From Pelomyxa schiedti (Eukaryota > Protista > Evosea), in assembly GCA_020536535.1 (NCBI GenBank), contig JAHLWZ010000331.1, positions 1 through 64,000 on the forward strand: DNA of 64,000 bases. The letters run 5' to 3'. The notes under the pieces are model-generated. The model saw only the letters and a program-made list of their open reading frames with translations, was not told where the DNA came from and searched no databases. The position numbers and the translations under genes were made by a program. Of the stretch, positions 38,623 to 53,805 are shown piece by piece. Positions within the stretch are counted from its first letter, which is position 1; the number at the start of each line of letters is the position of its first letter.

Positions 38623-41600
38623 TTAAACCTTGCTGAAATGGTGAACGATTGTCCAACCAGAGGGAGTTCCTTCAGCAAGGAATTGTGATGCGAGTGAAAG
38701 GAGGTGCTTGTACCACAGGTCTTCACCTTCAACAATGTGGAAATAGTCCGCACACTCTCCGGACCTGTCATGGTATTCCTTGAGTGCTTCAACACACTTG
38801 GAGAACTCGGAAGACTCATAGAATTGCACCGCTGCTGTGAATGTTTCACAAAGCTGTGAAACTTCGTTGGAACAGCTGTGTAAATCCCCAACCAACTGGT
38901 AAACGACACTGCTGTTGGATTTCCCTTTGACCTGAACGGGAATAAGAAGATGAAAGCAAGCCGGCAAGCCTCACCTGAACAGTTCCGAGCTTCCTGGTGA
39001 CAAATGAATTCTTCACATGGGAATGTAGCACCCCATCAATGAGAACTGTTGTGCCAAAGACTTTGTTCAGTCCCTCCAAGCGTGACCTGTGTGAGTTTCA
39101 GTAAAGAAGAAACTAACAGTGGGTGGTGGAGATCATCACTCACGCAAGGTTGACAGAGTCACCCAAAACAGTGTACTGAAAAAATAGATCTGAGATGGAG
39201 AAAAGGTACGGATACTGATATTCATAAATTTTAATTTATTTTCTAACTTGAAATCTGTCACTGCTTCCAGAATTTCCAGCCAATACAGTACCAGAACACA
39301 ATGCATATCTAGCACGAAAAACTGGAAGTTTCCTGCTGGCCCAGTTGATTTGCATCTCCTTCAGAGCTCTCTGTGATTCCAACACTGTTTGACACGCCTA
39401 ATTTCACTTTCATACAAACGTGGGCCATAAAAACAGATAAAACCTCCAATTCTTGATTTGGGACAGGTTCGGGACTTCCCCAAAACGCCATGATACCTGA
39501 ATGATAGTGTTATGTTAAGGAGAGACACCAAAGACACGTACAATCTCCGATCTGCATCACAGTGTTAATACAAATGGACAACTCCAGGAACACACGATTT
39601 TATCAACAGTTCCGTTGTGTTTCTTGATGTGCGTGCACATGAGATCCATGAAGTCTGTGAACACTTCCATCAGTGCTCCTGGTGTGACTTCTTCAGTGAT
39701 TGCTGTGAAGTCCTGGTGTGAGAGATTTTAGTTTACCGAGCACAATCAGAGGATTTCGCTCACCACAATGTCACAGAACATGGTTGTGCAATAAGTCCGA
39801 TGAACTCCAAGCTTTGCAACCTTGCCTCGCTTCACCAACCACGAAACAACTTGCATTGGAACATAATGCTTGAGCGATTGAAGCATTCTCTTCATCCTGT
39901 GATTTTGAGTTGATACAGTGGGTAACCGAAATGATGGAGAAAAACCTGTGCATGCTCCCTGCAATCGAGCTGATTTCACTGAATGGAGATTTGTAAAGAG
40001 ACATCTCCGCTGAGCTGGTGCCGGTAAACTCTCCTTCCAACAGAGCAGCTTGTTCCATTTGCATACGGAGTGTTTTCAGTGGCCACGTCAGAAGCAACGT
40101 CACTGTGGAAAAAAAGGGTGAGTGTTTCTTCAACTATGATGGAGAGTTTCTCACGGAGGAAGACAATCAGTGAAAACAGCACCACAAGTGCAACAGAAAC
40201 TCCAATTGTCTTCCCCATCATCAGCTTGACACTTCCGAAGTAATCCTTCTGAGGAATACCCAACACAACAATGAAGTCAGTGATCCCAGTCCCAGGTCGT
40301 GGATTGAAGACATCCATGCGGAGTTGATATCGGGAATCGTCGATTTCAGTTGTGCCAGAATACAGATTCCCTGTGGTTGTTGTGTTCTTGAGCTGCGATT
40401 GCAGAATCAATCCAATTTGCCCTGTGAGGCTGTCGGTTGATTCCCACATCTGCAGCAAAAGTGAGATTGTCTCTATTGTTGTTATAAACCTTCACACGTG
40501 TGGGCTCACCATCAGGAACGTCTACACTCACCAGAACATCATTCCTGTTTGTTGTGAGGATATCTCCATTGAACTCCACAAGCCAGAAGTTTCCGGTTTT
40601 CCCCACCTTGATTTATCATCAGGATTAGGTTTAGAAATTGAAATGACAAGCCTCTGTGTTCTCTGATAACACGTGGAGAGATGTTTGCAAATAGAAATCG
40701 ACCGCAACAACTCCACAAGGTGGACTGTCACCGCATTTCAATGGTGCAGACACAGTGATACCTGGTTTAAACTTCATGAATAATTTTGTTTGGAATGAAC
40801 ACTGGGTTACCAAGGCATTTTTCGGGAAGGAATGTGTAGACAGGAGACCATTGAAGAGTCGATGAATTGATTGTGGCTGGATACCTTGATTGAAGTAAGG
40901 GGCTGATAAACCATTTGCGTTCGTTGTTAACAACCATGGGCGTTCTCTACAATCGTACCATGTGCCATCATCACCGACCGTTGCACCCAAGGTAACAGGT
41001 TCCAGTGAATTGAGGTCGATAGCTGCAATGCGAGTAAGTGTAATAATTTGCAAAGGGAAAGGAGGAACTGAACATAGGAAGGACCAGTTCGTGCTTGGGC
41101 ACTGTTGTGTGATAATAGTTCTATTCCAGGGATTCTGGTATCCCGCCCCAGTAAACAGTCCTGTCTCAGAACCAGCGTAAAGAAACAACTGAAGAAAACT
41201 CACTTCAATAGAGAGGAAGTGAGCTAAACAAACATATTTATGGTCTGGAATGAATGTTTGTGTCAAGAAGTGTCTCCACAGCTGTAGAAGAAGGGGTTTT
41301 GTACGCCAACCAGAACGTGATATGGACAAACCTGTTCAAAATTCGCCTCGTCACAAACGTTGGCGTAAAAGCAAGGTAGTTTTGCATTTTCTTCAATTAA
41401 ACGCTCTCCAAGCTTAAGTATTTCAGTCAAAGACTCCTCCGTGCTGGTAGCAACCTAAACAAACGAAAATAACAATTAGAATCTCTAAGTGCACAAGGGC
41501 TTTGTGTAGGTTTTGTTATAATTCTAAAACGCGCCGAGTTTTTTGTGGTGACGCCTACAAAGTTCAATCAAATTTGGTAGTGCGTACAAAGTTCATGTAC

Positions 41601-42071
41601 GAGGACACAACGTGATCCACCGAATCGTTTGCGGAGGTGTACCACATGAGCCAAAGCGGGACGAGGGAACAAACGAGTGCCACCTCGAGCAGTATCATTA
41701 TCGCAGTCCTTATCGACACTTTCGGCATCCATCTCCTGTGCCGTAACGTTAATGTTGTCGTTAGTATTCTCGGCGCGCGTGCGCGGCATTGTCACAAACA
41801 ACGGCTGAAGAAACACTCCCGAAAGAAAGAGGCAAAGAAGAAAATTTTGCACCCACCTCCTCTTGGTGGGGTCGTGGTGGTTGTTGTTGTTGTCCAAGTC
41901 ATAAAGAAACATCAACGATGAGGCTGAACCACCAGCAGCACCGAATGAAGTGGCTGTGGAATCATATGACGCTGACGGCGGTAGTGGCGGTGTCGACGAC
42001 GTCGAACACGATGATGGGTGCACCTTGTTATGATGAGGTGGTAGTATTGTCACACCAAGTTGCTGTGACAT
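38623..42071 (-). CDS. Membrane-anchored class III adenylate cyclase with extracellular sensor region
   Basis: TMFCDIV-DFT, TVDKI|IGD|CIMAFWG, GNSGSSDRFQ|YTVLGDSVNLA|SRLEGLNK; TM segment TIGVSVALVVLFSLIV followed by a HAMP-like PLKTL..M; Cache-like YDCRERPW. Start approximate. Confidence 0.85.
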
Positions 42072-43736
42072 GGTGGTTTTTTGGCATCAAGTATCAAGGT
42101 TTTTTCTTTTAGTGTTGGTGATCAAAACAAGATCAAAGATCCAACACTACCACTTACACTAAGCTTGCAGTTAGTGTAGCTTGAAATTCAACTGGAACAG
42201 TATTCCGCTCGATTCCGTCATCTTGGGTCAGGACCTGGCTTTTACGGCACATGTGGAGGTTCGGCTTGGGCAGCATTTACAGAGTCGCTCCTTGTTTCGA
42301 CTTCTCCTTTCATATCACATGGATTGGTATTGCCGTGCTTACTTTCCAAATACTTCCTCTGTGCGCTTCTGAAGGCTTGTATTTGTGTTGTCAGTGCTGC
42401 ATCTCGCAATCAGTAAGAATTAACTTGGAAAGAAAAGAAGTTTTCCAGAAATTACTGGGCTGTTAGAGATATTCTTGTTGGGTTGTGTAGAAGCACCCAA
42501 AAAGGCACTTCAGCATGGACAATCTTACATTTGAAATACTTGGAGAGCCTATGTGGTACTCGGGTTGCGTGTCCAGTAGCACGTTAGACTCTATACTGCT
42601 AATTCTAAGTAGTTCACTCACCAGCTCTGCAACCCTAGTACCACATAGGCTCTTTTGGTGGCTGCAAGTAAGCCACCGGCAATGAATAACAATAGCATGA
42701 ATATATGAAATTCGTTGAGAAAGCAGGAAAGTGAGGAGAGGAAAATAAAACCGAAACTTAACTTTGGGGAGATGTGGTTCCCAGTTTCCAAAAGAGTTTC
42801 TGCGGCACAGTACTAAGTCAACAAAGTCTCAATTACTTTGGTTGTGCATGCTGCAGACAGTTTCGCAGTTTCTCCTTTGATCCTTTTTACACAAGACTTC
42901 TTATCCAATTCAAAGAGCATACATATGGTAGTGGGTGTAGAACAAGATATTTGTGCCCAAGGTGAAGCTTATGCACAACGCTGCAGAGTGCTTCCAGCAG
43001 CACAGTTCACTCTCGCACACTACGTGGAGTAAATCCACCTGGTTCCAATCGACCCCCCACCTGTGTCCTCCGCCATACGGGTGAGGCAAGATTGAGGGTG
43101 TAAAAGAACCTGAGAAAGCGGAGCAAAGCCGCACGTATTCTCCTGAACCTGCCTGTCAGTCCGGGTTACCTATTATGTTTGAGTGGGGTGATGATGAATA
43201 TGGAGTGGGGTGATGATGAATATGGAGAGGGGGATTTACCTTGGCGACGTTACACTGTAAGTGGAAAATCCACCACCTATTCTCAGGTGAAACGAGAAAA
43301 AGAAGAAAGAAGAAGCCACACACTAGTGGCCAAACTGCTGGAGATCAGAAGGCCGGCGATGCTTCCATGATACCCACAACACCACCTGGTTTTTGGGGTG
43401 AGAAATCGAAAAATAAAAACAGAGAAGACAAAACATACACACAGGTTCCGGCTTGAGGCATCCATTGAAGTGCGACAACCATGGACAGCCCTAGTGGGAG
43501 AGAGTAAGACTTAAAACACAAACGGAAACACACCACTGTGTCCATTGCATTGTATAACAATACAACTAAAAACAAAAGAATAAGTAAATAAAATAAAAAA
43601 AAAAACAAAATAAATAAATATAATTAAACTAAAATTAAAATACGGTATAAAATTAATTAAATGTATTTAATTTTATTTAAATAAAATAGATAGATAACCA
43701 AATAAATATACCGTTGGCAGAAGCCGCCCTGCACCA

Positions 43737-43848
43737 CACGGCCCACGGCCCACGGCCCACGGCCCACGGCCCACGGCCCACGGCCCACGGCCCACGGCCC
43801 ACGCCCCACGCCCCACGCCCCACGCCCCACGCCCCACGCCCCACGCCC
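43737..43848. repeat. Compound heptamer minisatellite (CACGGCC)x9 + (CACGCCC)x7
   Basis: Directly visible: 16 tandem 7-mers; the minus strand is G-rich. Confidence 0.97.
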
Positions 43849-44176
43849 AGCACTCTGCACCCCGTAGTGCCGCCGGCACACCACCTCGTGGACGGAGACC
43901 CATACGTCATCCACAGCCCCGACGCACCAGCACAACTCCACCCCACAGCCGAGATACCAGTCGGCTGCACGGCATGTCCACCTTACGTTGTCCTGCACAA
44001 CGCTGGCTAGCCGGCACTACGATTTCTCTCGGAGTTTTTTCCTGAGAACTGATGACCGATGGGTCTGAGAGCCTTGTCATGGGCACCGACGGCTGGAAAA
44101 TGGGGGGAAACACTTTTTTAACCTGTTCAACACTCTGTGGGACCTCTGGTTGGAGTTTTTGACTGCAGGATACAAA

Positions 44177-44212
44177 GTGTAAAATGACCGCCCCGGGGCG
44201 GTCATTTTACAC
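44177..44212. repeat. Perfect 36-bp palindrome GTGTAAAATGACCGCCCC|GGGGCGGTCATTTTACAC
   Basis: Sequence equals its own reverse complement; further half-sites at 44226-44234 and 44263-44279. Confidence 0.97.
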
Positions 44213-44493
44213 AGGAAATGATAGGTGACCGCCCTAAATTACATCATGTGGTTTTTCCTCTATGTAAAATGACCGCCCCTGGGCTCCAGATATGTTTCAA
44301 TTGTGAGCAAAGTTGGGGGGAAAAGTACGACCTGTCACCCCAACTTCGTTCAAACGAAACCCCTTTTTCGTCGAACAAGGCAACGTCGGCGCTGTGGTGA
44401 GACTCCCATCATCAAAAAAAAAACCACAGAAAAAAACAAAGTCAAAAAAAAACAAAACAAAGAGAGGACAGACACGCCACTCCAAACACAAAA

Positions 44494-47863
<3,370 letters not shown>

Positions 47864-48140
47864 AATGGCCCTGACCCCCAATTAAAAAAAAAACAAGTTT
47901 CAGTAGTACTTTGTATCACACTAAGACCTAAGTCCCTAGATTATCTGTTCTTATTTGGCTGCACGCCGAAACGCAACAACCTCATCACCAGTTAGAATTT
48001 CAACATAATTCCAAAACCGCTCTATCCGCAGTTGCAGGTGCTGGAACTCACTTATGGTGTTAGTTTGGCAGCATTTCCCGGCCTGTGATTTGCTTTTAAC
48101 CGAGATGACATGGGGGCAAATCTTGCATAATAGACAATAA

Positions 48141-48527
48141 ATGGAAAAGAACTCTGTTCATAAAGAAGACCTCAAGACAACAACAGGGCCGTCACTCTAT
48201 GAAGACTTCTCGAAGATCTTCACTGGTATACAACAAACTTTGTATAGATCTCACCTGTGTGAAACAGACTTACTTACAAATCTCACAACCGAGACAACGG
48301 CGATTGCTGGGGAGGCTCAGAAAGCTGTGTCCGACTTGAGAGAATTGCACCAGAACTTGAGCGACGATCTACTGTCCAGAATTAAATCGGCCGAGACAAT
48401 GGAGGTAGCTGGGCTCCACAAACTCACTTCTTTGCACCAACACATACAGACCGAACTCCAGCTGTATCAGAGCAAGATCTCCGAGTACCTCAAAACGGTT
48501 GACGCTCTGAAGAACAAGGACTCCTAA
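48141..48527 (+). CDS. Hypothetical small coiled-coil protein (single exon)
   Basis: 128-aa ATG-started ORF with heptad-like Leu periodicity; no recognised family. Confidence 0.5.
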   Translation: MEKNSVHKEDLKTTTGPSLYEDFSKIFTGIQQTLYRSHLCETDLLTNLTTETTAIAGEAQKAVSDLRELHQNLSDDLLSRIKSAETMEVAGLHKLTSLHQHIQTELQLYQSKISEYLKTVDALKNKDS

Positions 48528-48631
48528 CAAGCCATCATCTTCTTCACAAATTTTCCGATCTCTGCACCTCTCTGATTTCCAATGGGCGTTCTCCTAACAG
48601 CCTCAACAACACAAAAAAAACCGGTTTTCGG

Positions 48632-51600
48632 ATGGTGCTTCCCGGTCGCATTGGGTTCGTTTTTGCTGCGACCACGGCACTGTTGCTGTGTGAGATCGGG
48701 TGTGTTTGTAGCGCTGCGGGGGCGGACGCGCAACCGCATTATGGGGGTGTGTTTGGGTCGTACTTGTACTCGCTTGAGCTGAGGCCGTTTATTGAGTGTG
48801 AGGACCCTAACAGATTCACTGGGAGGTGCTCGTGTCCTCAGGTATTCATTCCATGTCTATTAATTGAGGATTTCTATGGGAAATTCAATTTAATGTGAAA
48901 TACATATTTCTGTGTTTGGGTGGAATGTGGTGGAGTGATGTTTGATGTGTTTGTTGGTGCCTGTTGATATGGAATCACTTACTATTTGCAATAGGGTTAC
49001 ACAGGGGAGGTCACTGGCAGGATTATAAATGATGGAGATGGAACTGGTGACTTTGGTGGGTACTTGTGGTATTGTGCTGATGGCACTCTCTATCCCTCTT
49101 CTGGGTGGGGTGGTTCCTACCAGGTTTTTGATTTTTGTTACAATTATGTATTGACAAATGGTTTTCCATACCAGGAGGATGCAAATGTGACAGATGGACA
49201 AGGGGTATTCCTTATCCTTCCCTGTCTAAATGAGTTCTGACGGTTTTTTTCAGTGCCGATTCCCGAACAAATACACTGGTACCTGCACTTGCCCTAGTGG
49301 ATTCCAGCCGATCACCGCTCAAGTCCTCACCGACTTGGTTCGCAATACAGTATTGTAATGTTCTTGTATTCACAGAGTCTCAGGATGGAAGTGGTGCAAA
49401 ACTTATTGAATCTTATGTTTCTTTCTGTTGGGCGAATTCGAGCCTCTCGGAGGCCTATGCTTTTGGTGGTGCCTATCAGGTATCCACTGTTTGTACTTTT
49501 TTCCATTTCTGAGCTTAAAAAAAGACTAATGAAGATGGGACGGGGTGCCTCACTGCAAATCCGGCAACTGGAGATTGTTCATGCTCCTCAGACTTCCCAG
49601 TTCTTCAGGTAGTACAGTACATATACGGCATTCTTTAATTACTTTGCAGTTACTTCGAGTGGTGAAAACATCTGGTTTCAGACATGAGATGGCTCCGGTT
49701 TATGTATGTGAAAGAGGTACAGCTAACCCTATCATGGTCCATGCTGTTCCCCACACCCATGATGACCCTGGGTGGTTGGAAACGTAAAATTTGGTTCTGT
49801 AAGAGTCACCCTAACAACATATAAGTGTCGAGGGGTACTATGACTGTTGCGTGAAGAATATTCTTGATACTGTTACCCAGAGTTTGGCAGAAAATCCAAA
49901 CCGACGCTTTACGTATGCCTCTTTAACTCATTGATTTTCTCATTCCAATCCAAAGGTATGTGGAAATGTCTTTTTTCACTATCTGGTGGAACCAACAAAC
50001 TGATGACGTTAAGTCACTTGTTAAAAAACTGGTTAGTACAGGGCAGCTCGATTTCACAATGTTGGTTCAGGTGAATTCAATTTCCCAGCATTAAACTTCT
50101 TCAGAGGTGGCTGGGTTATGCCAGATGAGGCCTGCCCATCATACACTGATCTCATAGATCAAGTATGTTAATCTGATCACAAATAACTTGGTGAATTAAT
50201 TGTCTTTGTAACAGATGACTGCAGGGCATCTTTTCCTTAAAGACACATTTGGAGAAACCAGTGTACCTACTGTGGGATGGCAAATTGATCCTTTTGGGGT
50301 TTTTCCCCGCCAAGACCCTATCCCATCTTACACATGTTTTTCAGCATAGTAATGGCAACACCTGGACTTACTCTCAGTTCGATTTTGATTTTCTGGTATC
50401 TCTTTCTTTTTCCTATCTATTTCCTTAACATGCTTTTCAGGTGGAAGTCCGAATAGATTACAAGGCAACTTACCCACCAGAATCTCGTTGAAACCGCGCA
50501 CTTAACTACACATTTTAGGATATTGACTGGAGGCGCGCCAATGTAGAGATGGAGTGGATTTGGAGGCCATTCCGAAGTTTTGATGAGTATCCTGAAAAGC
50601 AGGACATCTTTTCATTTGAACTCTATAATCGTACGTGTTGTGTTCCTTAAGCCTGCGTTAATTACACACCAAGATTACGGCTGGCCACCTGGAAGAACTG
50701 TCACTGATTCGGTGGGTAACGATCTTACTTTGTCCGAGACTACAAAGGAGAGCCTCCATAAGCGAAGGCTTACCGCCTCCACTGTTACTTGGGACCCAGT
50801 AGCTTTCTCACACTGGACCTATAACACAGTTAATTCCTATAAAACTCTCAACATTCTGGCACCGATGGGTTTGTAGAGTCATCTTGTACTATCTTCTTCT
50901 CACTCCTCTTTTTGTTTTTTTTTATGAAGGAAACGATTTTGAGTGGCAGGTATGTTACATTTCCACTTAGCTATTGTCCTCACATCCTTAAGAACGCAGA
51001 GCCTGACTTCGTTGGGCTTGATGAACTTATTTCTTTCTTTGACGAACACCCTGAGTATGGCATCAATCTTTTCTACAGGTATAGAAACCAACACTCAATA
51101 AAGACTAAAAATACTCTGCCAGTACTCCTGCTACTGTTGGAAACACATTATTGAGTGCGAGTGAATCTCTGTCTCTCAAAACAGATGACTTCTTCCCTTA
51201 TTCAGGTATAAAAGAACTACGTGGAATCAAATTTACTAATACCTCGCAGAAGCTTTCAACGACTACTGGACTGGTTTTTCTATTTTATTCATATCTAATA
51301 ATAACGGACCTTCTGCAGGCTACTTTACCAGCCACCCAGCATTCAAAAGATATGTCCGAACCTCATCAGCTTTATTTCACAGTGCGCGGCAAATACATAC
51401 ACTAGCCTCGAGTGATGGGAAACTTCTTGATAGTCTTGATGCCCCATGGCACGCAGTTTCTGTGACACAGGTACCTAGCATTGCATAAAATTTACATTCA
51501 CTCGTTTTTAGCATCATGACGCAATTACTGGAACCTCCAAGTCATTTGTCTACGACGATTATCTCTCAGTGCGTACCTCACCAATTACTTCTTATTATTC

Positions 51601-53654
51601 ACCGAAAAAGCAATTGGATGACGGCAATAATGCCTCGGCAGCGGTAATTCTGTCATCATTGAGTGCTCTCGATAGCTCTATCTCATCTTCTTGGGAACTC
51701 TGCCCTCCAATTAAGGAAGATCCATCTTACTGTTCTGAACTAGGTGCCGGCCGCATGGTTCGACGAATTCAAATTACCAGTAGAGTCTCATTACACAACC
51801 ACAGGTTATGGTTCTCAATTCAATTGGTAGCAGTCAGGATATTCCAATCAACTTACAAGTTTCTTCTGACTCACTGTGTGTATTTGATTCCGATGGTACT
51901 GAGACTGCTTCTCAAATTAGGTTCTATTTTTTTCTTTTCCATCTTTTGGTTAATAACCATACCAAGAGAGGCACCGTGGGTAAGCGGTCTGAATTTATTT
52001 GAGCTTTCCTTTATGGCAGAGGACATGCCATCACTTGGGGCTCGCACTTACTCACTTGAAGCTTGTAGTAATGCTGAGAAGATCGCAAATAAAGTTTCCA
52101 GTCTACAAGCAACTGTATCCATCGAAAATAACTTCTACAAACTGTCATTTGACACGGCTACCAACACTCTGTCATCCATTCTTGAAAAGACAAATGGAAA
52201 CACAGCATCTGTCAAGTTACTATTCTCCATATTTCCATGCTTACAACCAATGCCTTGCAAAGTATTGATGTGTTGTATTATGTTCCTGAAGGTTCACCGC
52301 TTATACCACAAGATGGTGCCTATGTCTTTAACACCAGGAAATCTCCGCTAGCATTCCCCGGGCCGAGGTATAAACTGAGCATCAGAAGCAAAATGTAACC
52401 AAGTTAGAGGTGCCTTGACTACCTTTTATGGAGATGTTTATCAGGAGGTCGAGGTAATTGTAGATCAAGCTAGTAACGTTATCCAAAGGTGGTCTTTCCT
52501 TTTCCTCTTTTAATTTCCAACTCATAACCTCAGGTTCCGTTTAAACAAAAATGATCCCTTCATTGAAATGTACACAACTGTCGGTCCAATCAGTACGACA
52601 GATAAAAATGGAAAGGTGTCTTAACATTTTTGCTAGCAACTAGTTTAATTAATCCATGTTTCAAGGAAGTCATTGTCAAAATCCAGAGTCCCATATCATC
52701 TGCAGGCTTCCTCTACACTGATACGCACAATCTTGAATTCCAGAAACGAGAGTAAATTCCCATTTTTACTCATCCTAACTAACTCACAAAGATACAACGT
52801 TCTTTATGGAAAGTATATAATGGATAACGATATAAGGTGAGCTACACAAATCCAAACATCTCTAATTCTTAAAAAGTGGGAATTATTACCCAATATCATC
52901 AGCAGCCTATATCAAGTGAGTCACTCAGTGTGTTTCCACTTTTAAACCCATTCAACCTTCTCAAAGGGATGACAACCTGATGCTGGCAATTCTTCCGGAC
53001 CGGGCACAAGGAGCCGCAAGCCTTACAAACGGATCCCTGGAAGTGATGATTCACAGAAGGCTTCTTAAAGACGGCGACCACAAAGGAGTCGGAGAACCTC
53101 TTGATGATTCCACAACAATATGCACCAAACAACTCCTCATTCTATCCTCCGCCGACTCTGGAATTTCTACGCTCCGCTCCGCGGCTCTGCGCCACGAGCA
53201 CAGCCCCGCAATTCTATCAAGTATTTCCGGCACAACTCCGGCACCATTCTCCTGGTCTCCAATGAGCGTTTCCCTTCCCGCAAATGTTCATTTGACCACC
53301 CTTCAGGTTGCGAATGTCCCTCCTAATAATACTAAATCCCACACAAATAAGTTATATCTCACACACATCACACCTCTAACCAACCAAAATGTAATGCAGG
53401 TGACCCGGTATGATATCTTTGGAGCCTCAACACTGGTGAGGCTGCACCACAACTTTGCGGTGGATGAGGACCCTGTTCTGTCACAGCCAGCCACAGTCGA
53501 CCTCTCTTCGCTGTTCGCTGATTGGACAGTAACATCGGCAGTGGAGGTGTCACTGTCAGCAGCACACAAGGTCCAATCACTGTCCTCAATGACCATCACC
53601 CTCAACCCAATGGAGTTCAAGACTTTCGCGGTCTCCCTCACAAAGAAACAATAA
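48632..53654 (+). CDS. Lysosomal-type alpha-mannosidase (GH38) with signal peptide and N-terminal three-repeat Cys-rich module; complete copy
   Basis: HTHDDPGWLET, GGWVMPDEA, WQIDPFGHS, RIDY, KTDDFFPY, YWTGYFTSHPAFKRYVR, QHHDAITGT, DRAQG..SL..GSLEVMIHRRL..GVGEPL, TLNPMEFKTF. Confidence 0.95.
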
Positions 53655-53805
53655 GATGGAACTCCTATGTTTGTGGCCAGGTCTTTTTTTATTAAAGTGT
53701 GTAATTATGCAAGGTCTGTGACCAACTTGGAGCGCTCCAAGGAACACGGCAGATCTACGAAAAGCTTACCATGATTTTTTTTATTGTTGTGAAAAACCCT
53801 GAAAC

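Noticed and set aside
43737-43848. CRISPR array
   Set aside because: No spacers; it is a simple tandem heptamer in a eukaryote with no cas genes.
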